From NCBI GenBank assembly GCA_963668695.2, contig CAXXLQ010000004.1:224001-288000 (forward strand): a DNA stretch of 64,000 nucleotides, read 5' to 3'. Both the position numbers and the translations under genes were made by a program. The DNA is from Vicinamibacteria bacterium. GTDB taxonomy: Bacteria; Acidobacteriota; Vicinamibacteria; Marinacidobacterales; Marinacidobacteraceae. The first letter of the stretch is position 1. Each line of letters starts with the position of its first letter. The notes beneath the pieces were generated by a model that saw only the letters and a list, made by a program, of their open reading frames with translations, made no database searches and was not told where the DNA came from. Positions 10,173 to 19,977 of this stretch are shown here, piece by piece.

Positions 10173-12035
10173 GTGCGCCTGAAAGGAACTTCAAGTCGTC
10201 TCTGCGCCGTCGCCGCGGCGCTGCTGATCGCCGGCGGCGCGATTTCGGCTCCGCCCGTGGCGGCGCCGGTCGCCGACGCCGCGCGCCTCGGCGACCTCGC
10301 TGCGGTACGGGCCCTGCTTGCCCAGGGTGAGGACGCCAACGCCGCGCACGGAGACGGCATGTCGGCCCTGCACTGGGCCGCCGAGCGGGGTGACACGGAA
10401 CTCGTCGAAACGCTCCTGCAGGGCGGCGCCAGCGTGGACGCGGTAACCCGCATCGGGAACTACGCGCCGCTGCACGTGGCGAGCGCCGCCGGCCAGGCGG
10501 AGGTCGTCGAATTGCTGCTTCGAGCGGGATCCGACGCGACCAGCGCCACGAGCACGAGCGGAGCGACGCCGCTGCACCTTGCCGCCAATTCCGGGAGCGT
10601 CGCGACGATCACCGCACTGATCGACCACGGGGCCGCGGTGGACGCGCCGGAGAAGACGTGGGGGCACACGCCGCTGATCTTCGCGGCGGCGCGCAACCGC
10701 GTGGATGCGATCCGTGCGCTGCTGGAGCGCGGGGCAGACCCGGCGGCCACTGCAAAGAAGGTGGACCTGTTGGCCGATTACAAGTTGGCCGAGGCGGCCA
10801 AGAAGCGGCAACAGGCCGTGCTGGAGGCGTTCGCCGTGGGGGACGCCGAGCCGACTTCCAGCCAGGTGCAGGCCGCGGTGCTCGCGGCCCGTGATCTCTA
10901 CCTTGCCGGGGAGGCCCCCGAAGATGAGAGCGAGGACGACGATCCGTTTGCCCGCTTCCGCCGGCCGCAACTGGAGGCCAAGGGCGGCATGACGGCTCTG
11001 CTGCATGCGGCTCGGCAGGGGTACCACGACGCCGCGACGGCGCTCCTCGACGGCGACGCCGACATCAATCAGGTCTCGGAAGGGGACGGCACCAGCCCGC
11101 TGCTGATGGCCACGATCAATGGGCAGTTCGATCTGGCGCTCCAGCTCCTCGAGCGCGGCGCCGATCCCAATATCGCGGACCACACGAATGGGGTGACCCC
11201 GCTATGGGCCGCCGTCAACGCCGAGTGGCAGCCTCGCACCCGGTTTCCGCAACCGCAGGAACACGGTTTCCAGAAGGCGAACTATCTGGACGTGATGCGA
11301 GCGCTACTCGATGCCGGCGCGGATCCGAATGTCCGAATCAAGAAGCATCCCTGGTACATGGTCTATAGCGGCTGCGGCAACGCCAACTGCGGGCTCGTGA
11401 ACACCGCGGGCGCGACCGCGTTCTGGCGGGCCGCCTATGCGACCGACGTGCCGGCGATGCGCCTGCTCGCGGAACACGGCGCCGATCCGAACATCCCTAC
11501 CACGGCGCCGGAGCCGCGTCGGAGGCGGGGCGGTACGACGGCCGTAAACGACGAAAAAAAGGGTTCGCTCTCGGCCCTGCCCGCCGCGCCCGGCCTGTGG
11601 ATCCCGACCGACTTGACCTCCATGGGACCCGACCCATCCGGCCTGCCGCCGTACAAGGCCGGGGATCCGGGGGTTTATCCGATCCACGCCGCCTCGGGGG
11701 TTGGCTACGGCGAGGGCTTCGCGGGGAATGCGCATCGTCACGTAAAGGACGCCTGGCTGGCGTCAGTCCAGTACCTGGTCGAACTGGGCGCCGACATCAA
11801 ACAGCGGGACTTCAAGGGCTACAACGCTCTCCACCACGCGGCCGCCCGCGGCGACAACGACCTGATCCTCTATCTGGTCGAGAATGGAGGAGATGTCACC
11901 GCCGTGAGCCGGCTCGGCCAGACGACGGCTGACATGGCGAATGGTCCGGTACAGCGGGTCTCGCCGATTCCCGCGACCGTGGCGCTGCTGGAGAGCCTGG
12001 GCTCGAAGAACAACCACAACTGCGTCTCTTGCTAA
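10173..12035 (+). CDS. Secreted ankyrin-repeat protein
   Basis: Multiple G.TPLH.AA ankyrin repeats, signal peptide, C-terminal CVSC. Confidence 0.88.
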   Translation: MRLKGTSSRLCAVAAALLIAGGAISAPPVAAPVADAARLGDLAAVRALLAQGEDANAAHGDGMSALHWAAERGDTELVETLLQGGASVDAVTRIGNYAPLHVASAAGQAEVVELLLRAGSDATSATSTSGATPLHLAANSGSVATITALIDHGAAVDAPEKTWGHTPLIFAAARNRVDAIRALLERGADPAATAKKVDLLADYKLAEAAKKRQQAVLEAFAVGDAEPTSSQVQAAVLAARDLYLAGEAPEDESEDDDPFARFRRPQLEAKGGMTALLHAARQGYHDAATALLDGDADINQVSEGDGTSPLLMATINGQFDLALQLLERGADPNIADHTNGVTPLWAAVNAEWQPRTRFPQPQEHGFQKANYLDVMRALLDAGADPNVRIKKHPWYMVYSGCGNANCGLVNTAGATAFWRAAYATDVPAMRLLAEHGADPNIPTTAPEPRRRRGGTTAVNDEKKGSLSALPAAPGLWIPTDLTSMGPDPSGLPPYKAGDPGVYPIHAASGVGYGEGFAGNAHRHVKDAWLASVQYLVELGADIKQRDFKGYNALHHAAARGDNDLILYLVENGGDVTAVSRLGQTTADMANGPVQRVSPIPATVALLESLGSKNNHNCVSC

Positions 12036-12805
12036 GCACGTTCAAGGCAAGGCGCTGGGCGCCGGCCGCGCTTGTGCTGGCCGGCGCCCTTCCGGCGGCG
12101 GCCCCGGCGCAGGATGCGCCGGAAGCGGCACCGTGGACGGAAATGACCCTCGTCGGGGTGGCACCCGGCCAAGTGGACGAGTTCCTGGCGGCGCAGCGCG
12201 AGCTGTCGGCCCTCGAAAAAGCGGCGGACGTGCCCTGGCGCAGCGTCAGCCGGACCGCGGCGTTTGGCGACACCTACCGCTTTGTGATCATGACGCCGCT
12301 CGCCAACTTCGCCCGGCTCGATCAGCCCGAGCGCCCCGATCCTGCGCGCGCGAGCATCGAGAATCGCATCCAGCGCACCGTGACCAGCTACCGGACCTAC
12401 GCGCTGCGGACGACGCCCGACCTCGACAATCCGCTCCCTGACGACGAGGACCCCGCCCTGACGCTCGTCCAGTTGATCACCGTCGTTCCCGGACGCGAAC
12501 AGGACTACATTCGGGTCATGGCCGAGGACGTGCTGCCGCACTTCAAGGAAGCGGAGATGCACCACTCCTCCGGCGCCCTGACTTTCGGCGGTGACAGTGG
12601 GTATGTCCACTTCTTCCACGTCGGGAACTTCGCCGCGCTCGACCAGGGTTCGCCGCTGGCCCGCGCCCTTGGTGCGGAGGGCGCGCTGAAGATCACTTCG
12701 AAGCTCGCGGGCGTCCTGTCGCGTACGGAGCAGTGGCTCGTCCGGTACCTTCCGGACACCAGCTTCCGGCCGGAAGCGGAATCAAAAGCCGAGAACCGAG
12801 ACTGA
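12029..12805 (+). CDS. Secreted hypothetical protein with two similar halves (possibly dimeric alpha/beta barrel-like)
   Basis: Signal peptide ending APA-QD; repeated V.PG...(E/D) and (F/G)NFA.LDQ motifs; TTG overlaps the ankyrin stop. Confidence 0.6.
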   Translation: MLSTFKARRWAPAALVLAGALPAAAPAQDAPEAAPWTEMTLVGVAPGQVDEFLAAQRELSALEKAADVPWRSVSRTAAFGDTYRFVIMTPLANFARLDQPERPDPARASIENRIQRTVTSYRTYALRTTPDLDNPLPDDEDPALTLVQLITVVPGREQDYIRVMAEDVLPHFKEAEMHHSSGALTFGGDSGYVHFFHVGNFAALDQGSPLARALGAEGALKITSKLAGVLSRTEQWLVRYLPDTSFRPEAESKAENRD

Positions 12806-12952
12806 TCCGACCGGGGAAGTGTCCCGGGCGGCTTCGATAGCGCTCCTGCGGCGGCGTGTCGTAGCGCGCTATGGCGCTCCGCCACCCGGGTCGAGAGTGG
12901 ATGGCATGACTTTCGCTGCCCCAGCGGGCGGCCCCGCTACAATGGCCGACGC

Positions 12953-14227
12953 GTGCCTGGTAAAGGGAAGAGTCGGAACGGCGGTCCCGCCGACAGCCTG
13001 AGTTGCTCGTTCTGTAACAAGCACCAGGGTGCGGTCGGCAAGCTGATCGCCGGACCTGACCGCATTTTCATCTGCGATGAATGCGTCGCAATCTGCAACG
13101 ACATCATCGCGGACAAGGGCAAGCCCGCGACTCAGGGGGCGGACAGCAAACGTCACCTCACGCCGAGCGAAATCAAGAACCGCCTCGACGAGTACGTGGT
13201 CGGCCAGGAAGAGGCGAAGAAGAAGCTGGCGGTCGCGGTGTACAACCACTACAAACGGATTCGGCTCACCCGCAACACCGCGCAAGAGCCCGAAGCCGTA
13301 GAACTGAGCAAGAGCAATGTGCTCCTGCTCGGGGAGACCGGCACCGGCAAGACGCTACTCGCGCAGACGCTTGCACGCATTCTGGACGTGCCCTTCACGA
13401 TCGTGGACGCCACCACGCTTACCGAAGCGGGATACGTCGGGGAAGACGTAGAGAACATCATCCTGAAACTGCTCCAGGCTGCGGACGGAGACATCGCCCG
13501 CGCCCAGGAGGGCATCATCTACGTGGACGAGATCGACAAGGTCTGCCGCAAGGACGAAAACCCTTCGATCACCCGGGATGTCTCGGGAGAGGGGGTTCAG
13601 CAGGCGCTCCTGAAGATCGTCGAAGGAACGCTTGCCAGCGTTCCACCCCAGGGGGGACGCAAGCATCCCCACCAGGAGTTCCATCAGGTGGACACCACGA
13701 ACATCCTGTTCATCTGCGGCGGCGCTTTCGTGGGTCTTGAATCGATTATCGAGCGCCGCGTCGGAACCAAGGCACTCGGCTTCGCGGCCGAGGTGCCGGA
13801 GAGCGCCAAGGCCCGGCGGGAGGCCACCCTCGATCAGCAGCGACCCTCGGATCTGATCCGTTACGGACTGATTCCCGAATTCGTCGGTCGGATGCCGGTT
13901 GTCGCGACCCTTCACAGTCTCGGCAAGCCGGAGCTGATCCGGATCATGACCGAGCCGAAGAACGCTATCGTGAAGCAGTATCAGACGCTTCTGCGCGACG
14001 AGGGAGTCGAGTTGACGTTCACCGCCGAGGCTCTCGACGCTATTGCCGCCCAGGCCTCCGAGCGCGACCTCGGGGCCCGAGGCCTCCGCATGATTATCGA
14101 GAACCTGATGCTGGATCTCATGTATGACCTCCCCTCCCGAAAGCAGGTGCGTGAGGTCGTGATCACCAGGAAATTCGCTACCGGACAGGCTGATCCGGTG
14201 ACCGTTCTTTCCCAAAAGGCCGGCTAA
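12953..14227 (+). CDS. clpX: ATP-dependent Clp protease ATP-binding subunit ClpX
   Basis: CSFC...CDEC zinc finger, [40 protein letters not shown]. Confidence 0.97.
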   Translation: MPGKGKSRNGGPADSLSCSFCNKHQGAVGKLIAGPDRIFICDECVAICNDIIADKGKPATQGADSKRHLTPSEIKNRLDEYVVGQEEAKKKLAVAVYNHYKRIRLTRNTAQEPEAVELSKSNVLLLGETGTGKTLLAQTLARILDVPFTIVDATTLTEAGYVGEDVENIILKLLQAADGDIARAQEGIIYVDEIDKVCRKDENPSITRDVSGEGVQQALLKIVEGTLASVPPQGGRKHPHQEFHQVDTTNILFICGGAFVGLESIIERRVGTKALGFAAEVPESAKARREATLDQQRPSDLIRYGLIPEFVGRMPVVATLHSLGKPELIRIMTEPKNAIVKQYQTLLRDEGVELTFTAEALDAIAAQASERDLGARGLRMIIENLMLDLMYDLPSRKQVREVVITRKFATGQADPVTVLSQKAG

Positions 14228-14358
14228 GCTCGACCGAAGCGCAACAACGAGCGACGCAAAGCGCCAGTTCTCCCGGTGGGGGGGCGGTTCAGCCGGGATG
14301 GATCGCCGGTCGAGCCCCCACCGGGAGAACTGGGCCGCGTGACTTCATCTACCGGCTG
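14228..14358. mobile_element. Left-truncated type A MITE-like element
   Basis: Internal type A modules and right end CTACCGGCTG; flanked by CTAAG on both sides (the left copy contains the clpX stop); left TIR absent. Confidence 0.75.
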
Positions 14359-14395
14359 CTAAGTCCGTCCGGACCCTTCCTGCCACTTCTCATCC

Positions 14396-15025
14396 ATGCC
14401 GAAAGCGCCCCGCGAACGCGCCGTGTTCTCTACCAGCGCCGTCACCCGGGCCGGTTTTCCACCCCCCGCGCTTCCCGAGGTGTCGTTTGTCGGCAGATCG
14501 AACGTCGGGAAGTCGAGTCTTCTGAACCGGCTTGTTGGCCAGCGGGGTCTGGCTCACGTTTCCAAGACACCCGGCCGCACCCGGATGATCAACTTCTTTG
14601 AGATCGGCGGGCGTTACCGGCTGGTGGATCTTCCTGGCTATGGCTATGCGCGAGTGCCCGAGGCGCTGCGTGCGGGCTGGGAGGATCTGGTGCTGTCCTA
14701 CCTGACTGCCAGGGACAGTCTCGTGCTGAATCTTCTCCTCGTTGACTGCCGGCGCGATCCCCTGGAGAACGACCTCAGAGTGCTCGAGTTGCTCATCTTG
14801 AGCGAACGCCCGGTGGCGGTCGTGGCCACCAAGGCAGACAAACTCAAGAGCGGCGAGGCCGCCTCGCGCCTGCGGCTGCTTTCTCAGGCGTTCGGCGCCG
14901 GCGGACGTTTTCCGGTCGTCGCCTGCTCGAGTGTCGCGAACACAAAGCGGCCCCGAACTCCCGGTCGCGATGGGGTCGGCCAGATCCAGCGACTGATCGC
15001 CGAAAGGGTGAACGCATGGCGCTGA
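14396..15025 (+). CDS. yihA: Ribosome biogenesis GTPase YihA/EngB
   Basis: GRSNVGKSSL, SKTPGRT, DLPGYG, TKADK. Confidence 0.95.
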   Translation: MPKAPRERAVFSTSAVTRAGFPPPALPEVSFVGRSNVGKSSLLNRLVGQRGLAHVSKTPGRTRMINFFEIGGRYRLVDLPGYGYARVPEALRAGWEDLVLSYLTARDSLVLNLLLVDCRRDPLENDLRVLELLILSERPVAVVATKADKLKSGEAASRLRLLSQAFGAGGRFPVVACSSVANTKRPRTPGRDGVGQIQRLIAERVNAWR

Positions 15026-16377
15026 GCTCGGGCGCCGGCACGATCCGGCGCCGCTCCCGCAAGGTCTTTCGGGCCGGTCCCCGGGTACTCGAGAAGACGC
15101 CACCTCCGTCCGGGCCAGTGCTTTACACCGCGGAACTGGCGCGGATGAGTCCGCCCGATCTACAGCAGGTTGCGGCCGATCTCGGAGTCGAGTCTCCCGA
15201 CGCACTTACCCGGCAGGATCTTCTCTACGGTGTGCTCGGCGCCCACACCAGCCAGGGAGGACGGGTCGTGGCCCAGGGAACCCTGCACCGCCTGGTGGAA
15301 GGCTTCGGGTTCCTCCGCTCGCCGATCAACTCCTATCTCCCCGGCCCCAACGACGTCTACGTCTCACCCACGCAGATTCGGCGCTTCAACCTCAGAAACG
15401 GCGACATGCTGCTCGGAGATGTCCGCAGACCGCGGCGCGGGGAACGGTATTTCGGATTGCGGGACCTCGAGATGGTGAACGGCGAGCCGGCGGTGGAGAA
15501 CCCGGATCGCCCGGAATTCGAATCTCTCACGCCACTTCATCCTGACCGCATCATCCGACTCGAGAACGACTCGGGGGATCTGGCTGCCAGAGTGGTGGAT
15601 CTCGTGGCGCCCATCGGAGCCGGACAGCGCGGACTCATCGTGGCTCCTCCGCGCGCGGGAAAAACCGTTCTCCTGCAGTCCATCGCGGCCGGAATCCAGC
15701 GGAACCATCCGGACATCGAACTGATGGTGCTCCTCGTGGACGAGCGGCCGGAGGAAGTCTCGGACATGGTCAAGAACGTCCGGGGCGAAATCCTGAGTTC
15801 GACCTTTGACGAACGAGGAATCCGGCACATCCAGGTCGCCGAAGCGGCGCTCGACCGGGCCAAGCGCAAGGTCGAGTTGGGCAAGGACGTTGTCATCCTG
15901 CTCGACTCGTTGACCCGATTGGCGCGGGCCTACAACCAAACCAAGGCCTCCGCCCAGGGCAGACTGCTTTCCGGGGGCATGGACGCGACCGCCATCCAGT
16001 ACCCGAAGAAGTTCTTCGGCGCCGCCCGGAACATCGAACACGGAGGTTCCCTCACCATTCTGGCCACCGCGCTGGTGGACACCGGCAGCCGTCTTGACGA
16101 CCTCGTGTACGAAGAGTTCAAGGGCACCGGGAACATGGAGATCCACCTCGACCAGCGGCTCCTGGAGCAACGCCTTTTCCCCGCAATCGACTTGCATCAG
16201 AGCGGAACGCGGCGGGAAGAGCTGCTGCTGTCCCCCTCAGAGCTGCAGCGGATGGTCGTTCTCCGAAGGGTGCTCGCGTCGCTCGACGCGGTGGAGGCGA
16301 TGGCGCTCGTGATCGAGAGAATGAGACAAACCGCATCCAACGCGGATTTCCTGAGGGCGATGACGGACTCCGGCTGA
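15016..16377 (+). CDS. rho: Transcription termination factor Rho
   Basis: [61 protein letters not shown]. Confidence 0.96.
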   Translation: MALSSGAGTIRRRSRKVFRAGPRVLEKTPPPSGPVLYTAELARMSPPDLQQVAADLGVESPDALTRQDLLYGVLGAHTSQGGRVVAQGTLHRLVEGFGFLRSPINSYLPGPNDVYVSPTQIRRFNLRNGDMLLGDVRRPRRGERYFGLRDLEMVNGEPAVENPDRPEFESLTPLHPDRIIRLENDSGDLAARVVDLVAPIGAGQRGLIVAPPRAGKTVLLQSIAAGIQRNHPDIELMVLLVDERPEEVSDMVKNVRGEILSSTFDERGIRHIQVAEAALDRAKRKVELGKDVVILLDSLTRLARAYNQTKASAQGRLLSGGMDATAIQYPKKFFGAARNIEHGGSLTILATALVDTGSRLDDLVYEEFKGTGNMEIHLDQRLLEQRLFPAIDLHQSGTRREELLLSPSELQRMVVLRRVLASLDAVEAMALVIERMRQTASNADFLRAMTDSG

Positions 16378-16411
16378 TCGCCGCCGCGCAACCTTCGCCA
16401 CCGACTGCTGG

Positions 16412-16951
16412 CAGCCCGTGGACAACGTGGTGTGAGCGCCGAGAGCGGCCAGTCCTCCCGGTGGGGGCGAGGCGCCCGGCTGACAAGGCGCGCGAGGGAG
16501 GAGCCCCCACCGGGAGAACTGGCCCGGGTGTATTGCGACCGAAACGCAACGATGAGCGGCGCGCAGCGACGCGGTTCAGCCGGTGGTGGAACCCACGTGA
16601 GCGCCGAGGCCGGCGAGGCCCAGTTCTCCCGGTGGGGCCAGTTCTCCCGGTGGGGGCCCGGCTGACAAGGCGCGTGAGGGAGGAGCCCCCACCGGGAGAA
16701 CTGGCCCGGGTGTATTGCGACCGAAACGCAACGATGAGCGGCGCGCAGCGACGCGGTTCAGCCGGGATGGATCGCCGGCCGAGCCCCCACCGGGAGAACT
16801 GGGCCGCGCGGGTTTCATCACCGGCTGTTTGGCCGGGATGGATCGCCGGCCGAACGCCGCGTCGGTTTCATCAGCGGTTGTTTGGCCGGGATGCATCGCC
16901 GCTCGAGCCCCCACCGGGAGAACTGGGCCGCACAACTTTGTTCACCGGCTG
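16412..16951. mobile_element. Composite/nested type A MITE-like element
   Basis: Outer ends CAGCCCGTGGACAAC / TTTGTTCACCGGCTG, internal TIR copies, duplicated modules, several CCCACCGGGAGAACTGG motifs. Confidence 0.85.
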
Positions 16952-16970
16952 CTATTATTTGCGCCCTCAA

Positions 16971-17210
16971 ATGCGCGCCGGTATCCACCCCGATTACCAG
17001 GAAATCAACGTTACTTGTGCCTGCGGCACCAGTTTCGTGACCCGTTCCACCCGGGGAAGCGATCTTCGGCTCGAAATCTGTTCCGCCTGCCATCCGTTTT
17101 TCACCGGAAAACACCGAATCGTGGACTCGACCGGACGGGTTGAACGATTCCGCCAGAAATACGGCGAGGTTCGTTCGCGGCGGGCAGAGCAGACGGGCGC
17201 TCAGTCGTAG
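16971..17210 (+). CDS. rpmE: 50S ribosomal protein L31 (zinc-binding type)
   Basis: [30 protein letters not shown]; the longer ORF upstream is repeat-derived. Confidence 0.96.
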   Translation: MRAGIHPDYQEINVTCACGTSFVTRSTRGSDLRLEICSACHPFFTGKHRIVDSTGRVERFRQKYGEVRSRRAEQTGAQS

Positions 17211-17397
17211 CAATCCCCCATTCGGGGCCGAGCCATCACAAAGCCTCCATGCGGGGGTCTGGACGTTCGGTTGCGGAATCGACCCCGGTTCAAAGGCGCG
17301 CCCGCTACCATGACGCGTAGCCCGTTCGGGGATCCCGAGTAGCGTCGCGGGGGCATCCCGAGTCCCAACCAACCGGAGCCTCCCAAGAAGAAACGCC

Positions 17398-18513
17398 ATG
17401 ACCAGGAAGACCGCGACCGGAACCGGAACCGTCGGCGCGGGGATCGAAGCCGCGCTCGCCGCCGCCAGAGAGCGGTACCAGGAGGTAACCGAGCGGCTCG
17501 CAAACCCCGCGGTCCTCGCGGATCCGGCAGAGCTCAGACGTCTCTCCACCGTTCATTCCGAACTCGAGCCACTCATCGAGGCCGGGAGCCGTCACCGGGA
17601 ACTCGGCGAGCAGCTCGAAGAAGCGCTCGAGATGGAGCGAGACCCCGATCCGGAAATGGCGGAGTTCGCAGCCGGAGAAGCCACGGAGACCCGCGCCAAA
17701 CTGGATCGGGTCGCCGACGAGATTCGGCGCCGGCTGCTTCCGAAAGATCCGAACGACGACCGCAACGTGTTGCTCGAAGTGCGGGCCGGCACCGGCGGCG
17801 AGGAGGCGGCTCTATTCGCCCGCGAGGTCTTCCGGATGTACGAGCAGTACGCAAGGTCCAACGGGTTCCGGGTGGACGTGGTATCCAGTCAGGAATCCCC
17901 AGTGGGGGGCATCAAGGAAATCGTCTCGGTCATCGAGGGAAAGGGCGCTTTCAGCCGGCTCAAGTTCGAAAGCGGCGTGCACCGGGTGCAGCGGGTGCCG
18001 GCTACCGAAGCGTCGGGGCGGATTCACACCTCCGCGGTCACCGTAGCCGTGCTCCCGGAGGCGGAAGACGTGGAGATTCAGATCGATCCCAAGGATCTCC
18101 GGGTGGACACTTTCTGCTCTTCCGGCCCCGGCGGTCAGAGCGTGAACACCACCTACTCCGCGGTGCGCATCACCCACCTCCCCTCCGGTCTCGTGGTCAG
18201 TTGCCAGGACGAAAAGTCCCAGATCAAGAACAAGGCGAAGGCGCTGAGGGTGCTGAAATCCCGGCTGCTCGAACTGGCGCGCCAGGAGCAGCAGGACCAG
18301 GTTGCCGAGGCGCGGCGCGGACAGATAGGCCGCGGTGACCGGAGCGAGAAGATCCGAACCTACAACTTCAAGGAAAACCGGATCACCGACCACCGGATCG
18401 CGCTCACCCTGCATTCCCTCCCGAACGTTCTGAGAGGAGAGCTCGATCCCCTGATCGAGCCGCTCCACGCCCGCGAACAGGCGGACCGTCTAAAGGCGCT
18501 GAACGGCCCGTGA
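17398..18513 (+). CDS. prfA: Peptide chain release factor 1
   Basis: GTGGEEA, GVHRVQRVPAT (PxT), GGQ, RSEKIRTYN; the stop codon lies inside the repeat end. Confidence 0.96.
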   Translation: MTRKTATGTGTVGAGIEAALAAARERYQEVTERLANPAVLADPAELRRLSTVHSELEPLIEAGSRHRELGEQLEEALEMERDPDPEMAEFAAGEATETRAKLDRVADEIRRRLLPKDPNDDRNVLLEVRAGTGGEEAALFAREVFRMYEQYARSNGFRVDVVSSQESPVGGIKEIVSVIEGKGAFSRLKFESGVHRVQRVPATEASGRIHTSAVTVAVLPEAEDVEIQIDPKDLRVDTFCSSGPGGQSVNTTYSAVRITHLPSGLVVSCQDEKSQIKNKAKALRVLKSRLLELARQEQQDQVAEARRGQIGRGDRSEKIRTYNFKENRITDHRIALTLHSLPNVLRGELDPLIEPLHAREQADRLKALNGP

Positions 18514-19046
18514 CCAAAGTCACGCGGCCCAGTTCTCCCGGTGGGGGCTCGAGCGGCGATGCATCCCAGCCAAACAGCCTGTGATGAAACCCGCGCGGCG
18601 TTCGGCCGGCGATCCATCCCGGCCAAACAACCGGTGATGAAACCCACGCGGCCCAGTTCTCCCGGTGGGGGCTCGGCCGGCGATCCATCCCGGCTGAACC
18701 GCGTCGCTTCGCGCCGCTCATCGTTGCGCTTCGGTCGCAATACACCCGGGCCAGTTCTCCCGGTGGGGGCTCCTCCCTCACGCGCCTTGTCAGCCGGACC
18801 CCCACCGGGAGAACTGGGCCTCGCCCCCACCGGGAGGACTGGCCGCTCTCGGCGCTCACGTGGGTTCCACCACCGGCTGTTCACCGCGCCGCTTCGCGCC
18901 GCTCATCGTTGCGCTTCGGTCGCAATACACCCTGTATTCCTCCCTCACGCGCCTTGTCAGCCGGACCCCCACCGGGAGAACTGGGCCTCGCCCCCACCGG
19001 GAGGACTGGCCGCTCTCGGCGCTCATGTCACTGTGCCCGCGGGCCG
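18504..19046. mobile_element. Composite type A MITE-like element (opposite orientation to 16412-16951)
   Basis: Ends ACGGCCCGTGACCAAA / TGTGCCCGCGGGCCGT; reverse complement of the same modules. Confidence 0.85.
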
Positions 19047-19071
19047 TTAGGCACCTTAAGGCACTGAACCT

Positions 19072-19968
19072 CTGAGCGAACAGACGGTCCAGGCGGCGCT
19101 GCGCGACGGCGCGGAGCGCCTCGCGGCAGCCGGTGTGGCGTCTCCGGGATTTGACGCCGGTCTCCTGCTTCGCACCGCGGCCGGGTGGTCGGCTGCCGAG
19201 TTGATCGCGCGGGCGGGGGATCTGCTCCCCTTCCGCGTGAGGCGTGCTTTCGACGAACTGATCGACGGGCGGGCGGCCCGGCGGCCGCTCCAGCATCTCG
19301 TCGGCGAGGTCGAATTCTTCGGTCTGACCCTTTGCACTGGTCCCGGTGCGCTGATCCCCCGCCCGGATACGGAAACTCTCGTGGAAGCCGCACTCACCCG
19401 GTTCTCGAGGAGCGGCGCGGGCCCACTCCGGATCGCTGATGTGGGCTGTGGGTCAGGAGCCATTGCCCTCGCGCTTGCCTCGCGCCTGCCGTCCGCCCGT
19501 ATCGTCGCCCTCGACAACGCGCGGGGAGCGCTCGACCTCGCCGCCGGGAACATCCGGAGATGCAACCTGGGCTCGCGAATCCAACTGGTAGCGGGCAACC
19601 TGTTGACCGCCCTCGCGCCCGGCACCCTGGACGGAGTCGTTGCGAACCTGCCCTATATCCCGGACCGGGAGATCGATCAGCTCGAGCCCGAAGTGCGCGA
19701 CCACGAACCCCGCGCCGCCCTCGCCGGAGGCCCGGACGGCTTGGATCCGCTCCGGCAGCTGGCGCCAATGGCCGCGTGCGTGCTCCGCTCCGGCGGCCAT
19801 GTTCTAGTCGAAATCGGCGCCGGCCAACGGGAGCAGGGTACGGCCATCCTCCAGCGAGCCGGCTTCCAAGCCGTGGCGTCGCATCCGGACCTCGCCGGAT
19901 TTCCGAGAGTGCTGGCCGCCTCGCGAACCAGTCCCGACTCAGGGATCGGGCGCGGTTTCGTGGGATAG
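19072..19968 (+). CDS. prmC: Release factor glutamine methyltransferase
   Basis: PLQHL.GE.EF, LIPRPDTE, DVGCGSG, NLPY, EP..AL.GG.DGL; homology-like N-terminus extends upstream of GTG 19135 to CTG 19072. Confidence 0.92.
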   Translation: MSEQTVQAALRDGAERLAAAGVASPGFDAGLLLRTAAGWSAAELIARAGDLLPFRVRRAFDELIDGRAARRPLQHLVGEVEFFGLTLCTGPGALIPRPDTETLVEAALTRFSRSGAGPLRIADVGCGSGAIALALASRLPSARIVALDNARGALDLAAGNIRRCNLGSRIQLVAGNLLTALAPGTLDGVVANLPYIPDREIDQLEPEVRDHEPRAALAGGPDGLDPLRQLAPMAACVLRSGGHVLVEIGAGQREQGTAILQRAGFQAVASHPDLAGFPRVLAASRTSPDSGIGRGFVG

Positions 19969-19977
19969 GATCGAAAC

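Noticed and set aside
16461-16970. Long N-terminal extensions of RpmE (also of Rel 51853-52059 and TonB 46554-46907)
   Set aside because: The extensions are translations of repeat DNA; canonical starts lie at 16971, 52060 and 46908
16412-19046. CRISPR array suggested by recurring CCCACCGGGAGAACTGG
   Set aside because: Irregular spacing, both orientations, intervening sequences are themselves repeats, no cas genes
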